Source: Haliotis rubra (Eukaryota). From it: a stretch of 64,000 nucleotides of DNA. Each line of letters starts with the position of its first letter. The first letter of the stretch is position 1. The notes beneath the pieces were generated by a model. It ran no database searches. It was given only the letters and a program-made list of their open reading frames with translations, and had not been told where the DNA came from. Shown here piece by piece: positions 48,589-61,100 of the stretch. The DNA lies in contig NW_025767546.1 of assembly GCF_003918875.1 (NCBI RefSeq), positions 1,550,001-1,614,000 on the forward strand. The letters run 5' to 3'. The position numbers and the translations under genes are program-made.

Positions 48589-49114
48589 TCCTTTCTAAAG
48601 TTACATTGTTTGCTCACATAATCGTGCACCATTCACACTGGTGTTGCCTGGTCACTTCAAGGGGATGACTCGGTTTGAAATCGGTTTGCATTGAGTAAAT
48701 GACAAAGGAAAGGAAATTTCACTAAATTATGCATAGTAGAAACACACTGTTTATTTTTGCTATAAAAAGTTGCAACACAAAGTGTCCATTAAGTGGCGAC
48801 AGCAACAAGTTATATGTTCATACACTCACCAATGTCCAGTATTTTGTTCCCGTCGAATGCCTTTAAACAGGCGCTCTTGTCCGGAGAATAGTGTTGGAAG
48901 CTGGCAGATAATGAAGCAGACCGCTTCAAGGGTCAAAACGATCCTGGAGAGCTCTAGTATTGCCACGATAGCTGTAGGTACATTTTAGCTGGTACTACAG
49001 TTCTACTGCTACTACTACTACTTACACACCAGTCCCCACCACACATCGCAGCTTAACACATCTAAGGCTAACCCTGAACACTCCACCGTTGTCAAGTAGT
49101 AACACCACTACTAC

Positions 49115-52100
49115 AAACTACAACATATCCAAACACAGCCAGGCCATACTAGCCACAACCTCCCCATCTCTCCCTCCACCACCACCACATATCCTAGCAC
49201 AGCCAGGCCATATCCTAGCAACAACCTCCCCACCTCTCCCTCCACCACCACAACATATCCTAACACAGCCAGGCCATATCCTAGCCACAACATCCCCACC
49301 TCTCCCTACACCACACCACAACACAACATATCATAACACAGCCAGGCCATACTAGCCACAACCTCCCCACCTCTCCCTCCATCACAACACAACACAACAT
49401 ATCCTAACACAGCCAGGCCATACTAGCCGCAACCTCCCCACCTCTCCCTCCACAACAACACAACACAACATATCCCAACACAGCCAGGCCATACTAGCCG
49501 CAACCTCCCCACCTTCCCTACACCAACACAACACATCCTAACACAGCCAGGCCATACTAGCCACAATCTCCCCACCTTCCCTACACCACCACAGCATATC
49601 CTAACACAGCCAGGCCATACTAGCCACAACACCCCTACGTCTCCCTCCACCACCACAACGCAGCACAACATATCCTAACACAGCCAGGCCATACTAGCCA
49701 CAACATCCCCACCTCTCCCTCCACCACCACAACATATCCTAACACAGCCAGGCCATTCTAGCCACAACCTCCCCACCTCTCCCTCCACCACCACAACATA
49801 TCCTAACATAGCCAGGCCATATCCTAGCCACAACATCCCCATCTCTCCCTCCACCACCACAACATATCCTAACATAGCCAGGCCATATCCTAGCCACAAC
49901 ATCCCCATCTCTCCCTCCACCACCACAACATATCCTAACATAGCCAGGCCATATCCTAGCCACAACATCCCCATCTCTCCCTCCACACCCACAACATATC
50001 CTAACATAGCCAGGCCATATCCTAGCCACAACATCCCCATCTCTCCCACCACCACAACAACATATCCTAACATAGCCAGGCCATATCCTAGCCACAACCT
50101 CCCCACCTCTCCCTCCACCACCACAACAACACAGCACAACATATCCTAACACAGCCAGGCCATATCCTAGCCACAACCTCCCCACCTCTCCTTCCACCAC
50201 CACAACATATCCTAACATAGCCAGGCCATATCCTAGCCACAACATCCCCATCTCTCCCACCACCACAACAACATATCATTACATACCCAGGCCATGTCCT
50301 AGCCGAAACATGCCCATCTCTCCCTCCACACCCACAACATATCCTAACATAGCCAGGCCATATCCTAGCCACAACCTCCCCACCTCTCCCACCACCAACA
50401 CAACATATCCTAACATAGCCAGGCCATATCCTAGCCACAACATCCCCACCTTTCCCTACACCACCACAACATATCCTAACATAGCCAGGCCATATCCTAG
50501 CCACAACATCACCTCTCTCTCCCACCACTACCACAACATATCCTAACATAGCAAGGCCATATCCTAGCCACAACCTCCCCACCTTTCCCTACACCACCAC
50601 AACATATCCTAACATAGCCAGGCCATATCCTAGCCACAACCTCCCCATCTCTTCCACCACCACAACAACATATCATAACATAGCCAGGCCATATCCTAGC
50701 CACAACATCCCCATCTCTCCCACCACCACCACAACATATCCTAACATAGCCAGGCCATATCCTAGCCACAACATCCCCATCTCTCCCACCACCACCACAA
50801 CATATCCTAACATAGCCAGGCCATATCCTAGCCACAACCTCCCCACCTCTCCCTCCACCACCACAACATATCCTAACATAGCCAGGCCATATCCTAGCCA
50901 CAACTTCCCATCTCTTCCACCACCACAACAACATATCATAACATAGCCAGGCTATATCCTAGCTACAATATCCCTATCTCTCCCACACACTACCACAACA
51001 TATCCTAACATAGCCTAGGCCATATCCTAGCCACAACATCCCCACCTTTCCCTACACCACCACAACACATCCTAACATAGCCAGGCCATATCCTAGCCAC
51101 AACATCCCCACCTCTCCCTACACCACAACACAACACATCCTAAGACAGCCAGGCCATACTAGCCACAACTCCTCCCCACCTCTCCCTCCACCATCACAAC
51201 ATGTCCTGACACAGCCAGGCCATACTAGCCACAACCTCCCCACTTCTCCCTCCATCATAACACAACACAACACAACACATCCTAACACAGCTAGGCCATA
51301 CTAGCTTACAACCTCCCTACCTCTCTCCTCCACCACACAACACATCCTAACACAGCCAGGCCACACTAGCCACAACCTCCCCACCTCTCCCTCCACCACA
51401 ACAGAACACAGCACAACACATCCTAACACAGCCAGGCCATACTACCCACAACCTCCCCACCTCTCCCTCCACCACAACACAACACAGCACAACACATCCT
51501 AACACATCCAGGCCATACTAGCCACAACCTCGCCACCTCTCCCTCCACCACAACACAGCACAACATATCCTAACACAGCCAGGCCATACTAGCCACAACC
51601 TCCCCACCTCTCCTTCCACCACCACAACACAGCACAACATACCCTAACACAGCCAGGCCATACTAGCTACAACCTCCCTACTTCTCTCTCTCCACCACAA
51701 CACAGCACAACATATCCTAACACAGCCAGGCCATACTAGCCACAACCTCCCCACCTCTCCTTCCACCACCACAACACAGCACAACATATCCTAACACAGC
51801 CAGGCCATACTAGCCACAACCTCCCCACCTCTCCCTCCACCACAACACAACACAGCACAACACATCCTAACACAGCCAGGCCATACTAGCAAAAACCTCT
51901 CCACCTCTCCCTACACCACCACCACACATCCTAACACAGCCAGGCCATACTAGCCACAACCTCCCCACCTCTCCCTCCACCACAACAACATATCCTAACA
52001 CAGCCAGGCCATACTAGCCACAACCTCCCCACCTCTCCTTCCACCACCACAACATATCCTAACACAGCCAGGCCATACTAGCCACAACCTCCCCACCTCT

Positions 52101-53330
52101 CCCTCCACCACCACCGCACATCCTAACACAGCCAGGCCATACTAGCCACAACCTCCCCACCTCTCCTTCCACCACCACAACATATCCTAACACAGCCAGG
52201 CCATACTAGCCACAACCTCCCACCTCTCCTCCACCACCACCACCTGCACATCCTAACACAGCCAGGCCATACTAGCCAAAAGCTTATAACCTCCCTCTCT
52301 CCTTCCACCACCACAACCTCCCCATCCACCACCACTGCACATCCTAACACAGCCAGGCCATACTAGCAAAACCTCCCCACCTCTCCCTCCACCCACCACT
52401 GCACATCCACACAGCCAGGCCATACTAGCAACACACTCTCTCCCACCTCTCCCTCCACCACCACCGACAACATATCCTGACACAGCCAGGCCATACTAGC
52501 CACAACCTCCCCACCTCTCCTTCCACCACCACAACATATCCTAACACAGCCAGGCCATACTAGCAAAACCTCCCCACCTCTCCTTCCACCACCACCACCG
52601 CACATCCTAACACAGCCAGGCCATACTAGCCACAACCTCCCCACTTCTCCCTACACCACAACAGAACACAGCACAACATATCCTGACACAGCCAGGCCAT
52701 ACTAGCCACAACCTCCCCACCTCTCCCTCCACCACCACCGCACATCCTGACACAGCCAGGCCATACTAGCTAAAAAACCTCCCCACCTCTCCCTCCTCCA
52801 CACACACACACACAGCACAACATCCTAACACAGCCAGGCCATACTAGCCACAACCTCCCCACCTCTCCTCCACCCACACAACACAGCACAACACATCCTA
52901 ACACAGCCAGGCCATACTAGCCACAACCTCCCCACCTCTCCTTCCACCACCACAACATATCCTGACACAGCCAGGCCATACTAGCCACAACCTCCCCACC
53001 TCTCCTTCCACCACCACAACATACCCTAACACAGCCAGGCCATACTAGCCACAACCTCCCCACCTCTCCCTCCACCACAACACAACACAGCACAACATAT
53101 CCTGACACAGCCAGGCCATACTAGCCCCAACCTCCCCACCTCTCCCTCCACCACAACACAACACAGCACAACACATCCTAACACAGCCAGGCCATACTAG
53201 CCACAGCCTCCCCACCTCTCCCTTCTCCAGCACAACACAGCACATCGCACAATACGTCATTCTCATCCCTACCATCCTATCTCCATTACTGCCACAAAAC
53301 AGCACAAAACATCCTAACACAACCATGTCA
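49115..53330. repeat. C/A-rich satellite, ~64-76-bp unit (CAACATATCCTAACA(C/T)AGCCAGGCCATA(TC)CTAGCCACAACCTCCCCACCTCTCCCTCCACCA)
   Basis: Dozens of tandem units; 66-bp period measured at 49801 and 49867. Confidence 0.95.
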
Positions 53331-53716
53331 TGTTAACCATGACTTCCCAACCCTTTCTAGTCCACTACAACACAGTACAACACAGTACAACACAGTACAA
53401 CTCACTTTAGCACAAGCCACAGAGCAATGCATAGCAACAGTGTCAGTGTGTTTTACTTTGTTTGATTGCATTTTATGTTCGCTTCTTTTGGCTATAGCTC
53501 TGGGAAGATTATGTCTGTGATATTGATCAGTGAATGGTTGAGTTGGACATCACGAACGTTCCTGTTCATCGCGAAAGTTAGCAACATTCCAACAATACCA
53601 GGGCTTGGGAGACAAGACAGGTGCTTCACACACATGATAATGTATAAATCAAACCTGGACCTTCCACGTGACCAGCGATAATCACGAAAGGGATCAATGA
53701 AGTTCACAGAAGGAAA

Positions 53717-55525
53717 CACCAATACTGTTGATAACGATGATACTACGCTAATACTGTTAATAACGATAATACACCACCAATACTGTTGATAACGATGATA
53801 CTACGCTAATACTGTTGATAACGATAATACAACACCAATACTGTTGATAACGATGATACTACGCTAATACTGTTAATAACGATAATACACCACCAATACT
53901 GTTGATAACGATGATACTACACTAATACTGTTAATAACGATAATACACCACCAATACTGTTGATAACGATGATGCTAATACCTACACCACCAATACTGTT
54001 GATAACGATGATACTACGCTAATACTGTTAATAACGATAATACACCACCAATACTGTTGATAACGATGATACTACACTAATACTGTTAATAACGATAATA
54101 CACCACCAATACTGTTGATAACGATGATACTACACTAATACTGTTAATAACGATAATACATCACCAATACTGTTGATAACGATGATACTACACTAATACT
54201 GTTAATAACGATAATACACCACCAATACTGTTGATAACGATGATACTACACTAATACTGTTAATAACGATAATACACCACCAATACTGTTGATAACGATG
54301 ATACTACACTAATACTGTTAATAACGATAATACATCACCAATACTGTTGATAACGATGATACTACACTAATACTGTTAATAACGATAATACACCACCAAT
54401 ACTGTTGATAACGATGATACTACACTAATACTGTTAATAACGATAATACACCACCAATACTGTTGATAACGATACTACACTAATACTGTTAATAACGATA
54501 ATACACCACCAATACTGTTGATAACGATGATACTACACTAATACTGTTAATAACGATAATACACCACCAATACTGTTGATAACGATGATACTACACTAAT
54601 ACTGTTAATAACGATAATACACCACCAATACTGTTGATAACGATGATACTACACTAATACTGCTGTTAATAACGATAATACACCACCAATACTGTTGATA
54701 ACGATGATACTACACTAATACTGTTAATAACGATAATACACCACCAATACTGTTGATAACGATGATACTACGCTAATACTGTTAATAACGATAATACACC
54801 ACCAATACTGTTGATAACGATGATACTACACTAATACTGTTGATAACGATAATACATCACCAATACTGTTGATAACGATGATACTACACCAATACTGTTG
54901 ATAACGACGATACATCACCAATACTGTTGATAACGATGATACACCACCATACTGTTGATAACGATAATACATCACCAATACTGTTGATAACGATGATACT
55001 ACGCTAATATTGTTAATAACGATAATACATCACCAATACTGTTGATAACGATGATACTACGCTACACTAATACTGTTAATAACGATAATACATCACCAAT
55101 ACTGTTGATAACGATGATACTACACTAATAATTGATAATAACGATAATGTTCACCAATACTGTTAATAACGATAATACCACCAATACTGTTGATAACGAT
55201 GATACTACACTAATGTTGATAACGATAATACACCACCAATGATAACTGATGATAACGATGATTGATATCACCAATACCAATGTTGATAACGATAATACAC
55301 CACCAATACTGTTGATAACGATAATACACCACCAATACTGTTGATAACGATAATACATCACCAATACTGTTGATAACGATAATACATCACCAATACTGTT
55401 GATAACGATAATACACCACCAATACTGTTGATAACGATAATACATCACCAATACTGTTGATAACGATGATACTACGCTAATATTGTTAATAACGATAAAA
55501 CACCACCAATACTCATAATAACGAT
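53717..55525. repeat. 29-bp satellite organised largely as a 58-bp dimer
   Basis: Alternating CCAATACTGTTGATAACGATGATACTACA and CTAATACTGTTAATAACGATAATACACCA. Confidence 0.95.
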
Positions 55526-56150
55526 ATTTATTATCCTCTCAGGATATGTGACGTTGCCCAACACGTAGTTCAAATGGCCCCACGATTGGTGCAATGATAT
55601 TGTAGCGATAGTAGTGACCTCTGCTATGGACAGTATGGAGACAGTGGCGACAGTAGTGACCTCTGCTATGGACAGTATGGAGACAGTGGCGACAGTAGTG
55701 ACCTCTGCTATGGACAGTATGGAGACAGTGGCGACAGTAGTGACCTCTGCTATGGACAGTATGGAGACAGTGGCGATAGTAGTGACCTCTGCTATGGACA
55801 GTATGGAGACAGTGGCGATAGTAGTGACCTCTGCTATGGACAGTATGGAGACAGTGGCGATAGTAGTGACCTCTGCTATGGACAGTATGGAGACAGTGGC
55901 GATAGTAGTGACCTCTGCTATGGACAGTATGGAGACAGTGGCGACAGTAGTGACCTCTGCTATGGACAGTATGGAGACAGTGGCGACAGTAGTGACCTCT
56001 GCTATGGACAGTATGGAGACAGTGGCGACAGTCATTGTGATCCCACACCAGCTCACTCGGACGTCTCCAAAATCTACTTCTTCTGTCATGGAAATCGAGA
56101 CTTAACCTCGATTCGTCAGAAAACGACATTAGTCCAACGTCGGTTAACTC
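55526..56150 (-). pseudogene. Decayed Tc1/mariner transposase fragment interrupted by a 42-bp array
   Basis: FSDESRLSLDFHDRRSRFWRRPSE, SWCGIT and RYNIIAPIVGPF match Tc1 FSDESRF..DGR.RVWRR, VWGGI and RY...IL.P.V.PF. Confidence 0.7.
55606..56032. repeat. 42-bp minisatellite, ~10 near-identical copies
   Basis: GTAGTGACCTCTGCTATGGACAGTATGGAGACAGTGGCGA(C/T)A. Confidence 0.95.
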
Positions 56151-56393
56151 TTCATGTTGTATATGCTTTGAAAATACCAAAATGGTAACTGTTATACTTT
56201 TCATTCTGTGGAAACAATTTACTTGCAATCTGAGAGAAATACACAAAACTGTGAATATCAACAATGCCGGAAATTATGCCCCAGTGACCTAAAACAATGA
56301 ATATTTCTTGCCACATGTATTAAAATGTCGTACACCCGGTAATTTCATTCAGTTAATGTCCACTAAACATATTGATATGTTGTCTATCTTGTG

Positions 56394-56554
56394 GAGTGAG
56401 TGAGTGTGTTTTACGCCGCTTTTAGCAATATTTCAACAATATCACGGCGAGGAACACCAGAAATGGGCTTCGACATTGTACCCATGTGGGGAATCGAACC
56501 CGTGTCTTCGGTGTGACGAGCGAACGCTTTAACCACTAAGTTACCCCACCGCCC
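56394..56554 (-). mobile_element. SINE family A
   Basis: Consensus match. Confidence 0.85.
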
Positions 56555-56894
56555 CTGTTGTTTTTTGGACATTTTGTGTCATTTACAAAACATAAGAAAC
56601 AATCGTCTATGGTCACAGGTCGTGTGTCTGTTAAAGTAATAATATTATAACTATTATAAAAGGCCAGCCTCCTTGTGAACATTGCTTCTGTACAAAGCAT
56701 GCATGCCCTTTTTGTGAACAGTTACACTGTATGTAGTATGGGCCTGTGGCCTCAAGATATTGAATAAACGTCTGTCTCTCTGTCCATCAGTCTGTCACTT
56801 AGTTCTCAATAATGATTGTTGTGATTGTAGTAACCACCACAGGCGATTGGTCATATTTAGATGGCGTTCTGCAAATGGGCGATCTAGGCAAGAA

Positions 56895-57590
56895 AATTCA
56901 AGGTCTAGCGTTGTTTATGAATATCGGACGACTAGCAAGTGGATGGTTATCAAAATGTGGCACGACGATGGTATCGAGGACTTCCTGTTGATAAAGTTGA
57001 TCATTGAGTGTCCTAGGTAATGTGATGAGATCCAACTTGCAGTCCTACAAAACGCTACTCCATACTAAAACTAAGTCCACCAAAGGGTTCGGCTTCATTA
57101 ATCATCTGGTGATTACAACGCCTCCATACCGTCTCCAACAGCCGCAGGTAACGTGTAGACGATGGAGACGTTCATCAGACCAATCAACCCTACGTCATGT
57201 CCTGAAGTTGCGGTTTTCTCGGAGCCTGCACCACGCCAGACATTCCTGTCTGTGCCTATATTCGAGGAAAGGACGTCCGATCGGACGATGTTCCCACCAG
57301 CTAACAACCTCCTTCAGTTGGTACTGGTCTAGGACACCTACTCGCCATTGCAAGCGAATTAGGACTCGGTCATCACTGTCATTGGTCTTCCTTGGTCTTC
57401 CGGGTCTTGGACGATCCTTCACTTTACCGGTGGGTGGGTATGTGCTTCCTCTCAAATCGACCTATAACGGGGTGGTAAATGTTAAAGTTAGCACCGATGT
57501 TGCAACGGGACACCATTTTGTCATCCATGCCAGTAGCTTGCCAAGTTGCCATAGTGTATGTTCTGAACGTCAATGTCTTGCCATGTCATG
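56895..57590 (-). pseudogene. Decayed Tc1/mariner transposase (HTH plus DDE)
   Basis: TGKVKDRPRPGRPRKTNDSDDR, RHRQECLAWCR, VDWSDE and LNDQLYQQEVLDTIVVPHF..IFINNARP, with stops and frameshifts. Confidence 0.82.
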
Positions 57591-58124
57591 AAAAGTGTAT
57601 TTAAGTACTGTGATCTTTTAAATCAGTTCAGAAAGCTGTAATGCATATACTGCAGTTTACACCCCAAAGTACAATTGTGTGAAGCACGTGCTTTACATGT
57701 GTATTACAGTGTACTAGGGTATGATCGCCTGTTTGGACCAAAATTATAAAAAAATACCTTGGATTCAGGTTTTGCACAATTAATCGACATGCTATCGAGA
57801 GTTCCCGGATGTTCCAGATATCACGGAACTGGTGCCGCCCACCACTGGGATTTCACTGACCAAAACATGCAGGTCACATTACTGGATTGTAATTCGAGAC
57901 ATAAATGTAACGAGCTTGGCGTATTTCTTTAACGCAACTGACTGAACTCCGAGTTCATATCAAGGCAATAGTGCTTCGTAAATACATTCGAAATGCTCAT
58001 GACATGACGACAATTTTTAAAGGCTTTGTTTCAAGGGACACCAGGGTAACTCCCCCAGTGGCGCCAAAATACAAGGCAGGGTATTGCTGAATTGTCATAT
58101 CAGTACGAGTGGATCAGAGTTTGA

Positions 58125-61100
58125 ATGAGTGATCGTTTACTGGTTGAATGGCTGAGTGATTGTTCGAGTGAGTGATTGTTTACTGGTTGAATGGCTGAGT
58201 GATTGTTCAAGTGAATGATTGTTTACTGGTTGAATGGCTGAGTGATTGTTCAAGTGAGTGATTGTTTTAGTGGCTGAATCGCTGAGTGATTGTTGGAGTG
58301 AGTGATTGTTTTAGTGGCTGAATGGCTGAGTGATTGTTGGAGTGAGTGATTGTTTTAGTGGCTGAGTGATTGTTCAAGTGAGTGATTGTTTTAGTGGCTG
58401 AATGGCTGAGTGATTGTTGGAGTGAGTGATTGTTTTAGTGGCTGAATGGCTGAGTGATTGTTGGAGTGAGTGATTGTTTTAGTGGCTGAATGGCTGAGCG
58501 ATTGTTGGAGTGATTGATTGTTTTAGTGGCTGAATGGCTGAGTGATTGTTGGAGTGAGTGATTGTTTTAGTGGCTGAGTGATTGTTGGAGTGAGTGATTG
58601 TTTTAGTGGCTGAATGGCTGAGTGATTGTTGGAGTGAGTGATTGTTTTAGTGGCTGAGTGATTGTTGGAGTGAGTGATTGTTTTAGTGGCTGAATGGCTG
58701 AGTGATTGTTGGAGTGAGTGATTGTTTTAGTGGCTGAATGGCTGAGTGATTGTTGGAGTGAGTGATTGTTTTAGTGGCTGAGTGATTGTTCAAGTGAGTG
58801 ATTGTTTTAGTGACTGAATGGCTGAGTGATTGTTCAAGTGAGTGATTGTTTTAGTGGCTGAATGGCTGAGTGATTGTTGGAGTGAGTGATTGTTTTAGTG
58901 ACTGAATGGCTGAGTGATTGTTGGAGTGAGTGATTGTTTTAGTGGCTGAATGGCTGAGTGATTGTTCGAGTGAGTGATTGTTTTAGTGGCTGAATGGCTG
59001 AGTGATTGTTGGAGTGAGTGATTGTTTTAGTGGCTGAATGGCTGAGTGATTGTTCGGGTGAGTGATTGTTTTGTGGCTGAATGGCTGAGTGATTGTTGAT
59101 TAGTGATTGTTTTAGTGGCTTGATGGCTAAGTGATTGTTGGAGTGAGTGATTGTTTTAGTGGCTGAATGGCTGAGTGATTGTTGGAGTGAGTGATTGTTT
59201 TAGTGGCTGAATGGCTGAGTGATTGTTGGAGTGAGTGATTGTTTTAGTGGCTGAATGGCTGAGTGATTGTTGGAGTGAGTGATTGTTTTAGTGGCTGAAT
59301 GGCTGAGTGATTGTTGGAGTGAGTGATTGTTTTAGTGGCTGAATGGCTGAGTGAGCGTTTGATTGTGTGATTTAATTGTAGAATGAATGGTTCCTTGAGT
59401 GATTGATTTAGTAGTTGCGTTTACATTCTAATGAGTGGTTGATATTTAACGCTGCTAGTTTAGTTTGGTCCCTGGTTGGTTGATAGGTTAGTTGAAAGAG
59501 CGTTCGTATGAGTGAGCTAAAATAATGGTTGGGTGATTGAAAGTGTTTTCGAGTAATCTTGTGGGTGATTTGTCGACCGGTTGAGTGATTGGTTGGGTAG
59601 ATTCGTTGAGTAATTAGTTGAGTATCTTGTTGAGGCACAAAATGTCGTTGACTTGGTAGCTTTGGTGTGCACTTCCTGGTTTTAATCTTCATCTATATGA
59701 CGGCTGGGGGTTGGGGGATTTCGTATGATATTGAAAGAAGCATGACATTATTTGAATATACAGTTTGGTGAATAGTCGTATGAACGCCCAAGTGTGTCGC
59801 TCGAGATATCCCAGATATGTAACGGTAATCTGGAGATAATCAAGGCTGGACAAGACAATCTAGTGATTGAATGGCTGAGTGATTGTTGGAGTGAGTGATT
59901 GTTTTAGTGGCTGAATGGCTGAGTGATTGTTGGAGTGAGTGATTGTTTTAGTGGCTGAATGGCTGAGTGATTGTTGGAGTGGAGTGATTGTTTTAGTGGC
60001 TGAATGGCTGAGCTGATTGTTGGAGTGAGTGATTGTTTTAGTGGCTGAATGGCTGAGTGATTGTTGGAGTGAGTGATTGTTTTAGTGGCTGAGTGATTGT
60101 TGGAGTGAGTGATTGTTTTAGAATGGCTGAGTGATTGTTGGAGTGAGTGATTGTTTTAGTGGCTGATGGCTGAGTGATTGTTTTAGTGGCTGATTGTTTT
60201 GGCTGAGTGATTGTTGGAGTGAGTGATTGTTTTAGTGGCTGAATGGCTGAGTGATTGTTGGAGTGAGTGATTGTTTTAGTGGCTGAGTGATTGTTGGAGT
60301 GAGTGATTGTTTTAGTGGCTGAATGGCTGAGTGATTGTTGGAGTGAGTGATTGTTTTAGTGGCTGAATGGCTGAGTGATTGTTGGAGTGAGTGATTGTTT
60401 TAGTGGCTGAATGGCTGAGTGATTGTTGGAGTGAGTGATTGTTTTAGTGGCTGAATGGCTGAGTGATTGTTCGGGTGAGTGATTGTTTTAGTGGCTGAAT
60501 GGCTGAGTGATTGTTCGAGTGAGTGATTGTTTTAGTGGCTTGATGGCTGAGTGATTGTTGGAGTGAGTGATTGTTTTAGTGGCTTAATGGCTGAGTGATT
60601 GTTGGAGTGAGTGATTGTTTTAGTGGCTGAATGGCTGAGTGATTGTTGGAGTGAGTGATTGTTTTAGTGGCTGAATGGCTGAGTGATTGTTGGAGTGAGT
60701 GATTGTTTTAGTGGCTGAATGGCTGAGTGATTGTTGGAGTGAGTGATTGTTTTAGTGGCTGAGTGATTGTTGGAGTGAGTGATTGTTTTAGTGGCTGAAT
60801 GGCTGAGTGATTGTTGGAGTGAGTGATTGTTTTAGTGGCTGAATGGCTGAGTGAGCGTTTGATTGTGTGATTTAATTGTAGAATGAATGGTTCCTTGAGT
60901 GATTGATTTAGTAGTTGCGTTTACATTCTAATGAGTGGTTGATATTTAACGCTGCTAGTTTAGTTTGGTCCCTGGTTGGTTGATAGGTTAGTTGAAAGAG
61001 CGTTCGTATGAGTGAGCTAAAATAATGGTTGGGTGATTGAAAGTGTTTTCGAGTAATCTTGTGGGTGATTTGTCGACCGGTTGAGTGATTGGTTGGGTAG

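Noticed and set aside
49089-53326. Gly/Cys/Val- or Pro/His-rich ORFs as structural proteins
   Set aside because: They are translations of a satellite whose unit length varies and shifts frame repeatedly.
55472-56264. Long His/Cys-rich and Thr/Val-rich repeat ORFs
   Set aside because: A 42-bp unit keeps frames open by chance; the flanks are a broken Tc1 transposase.
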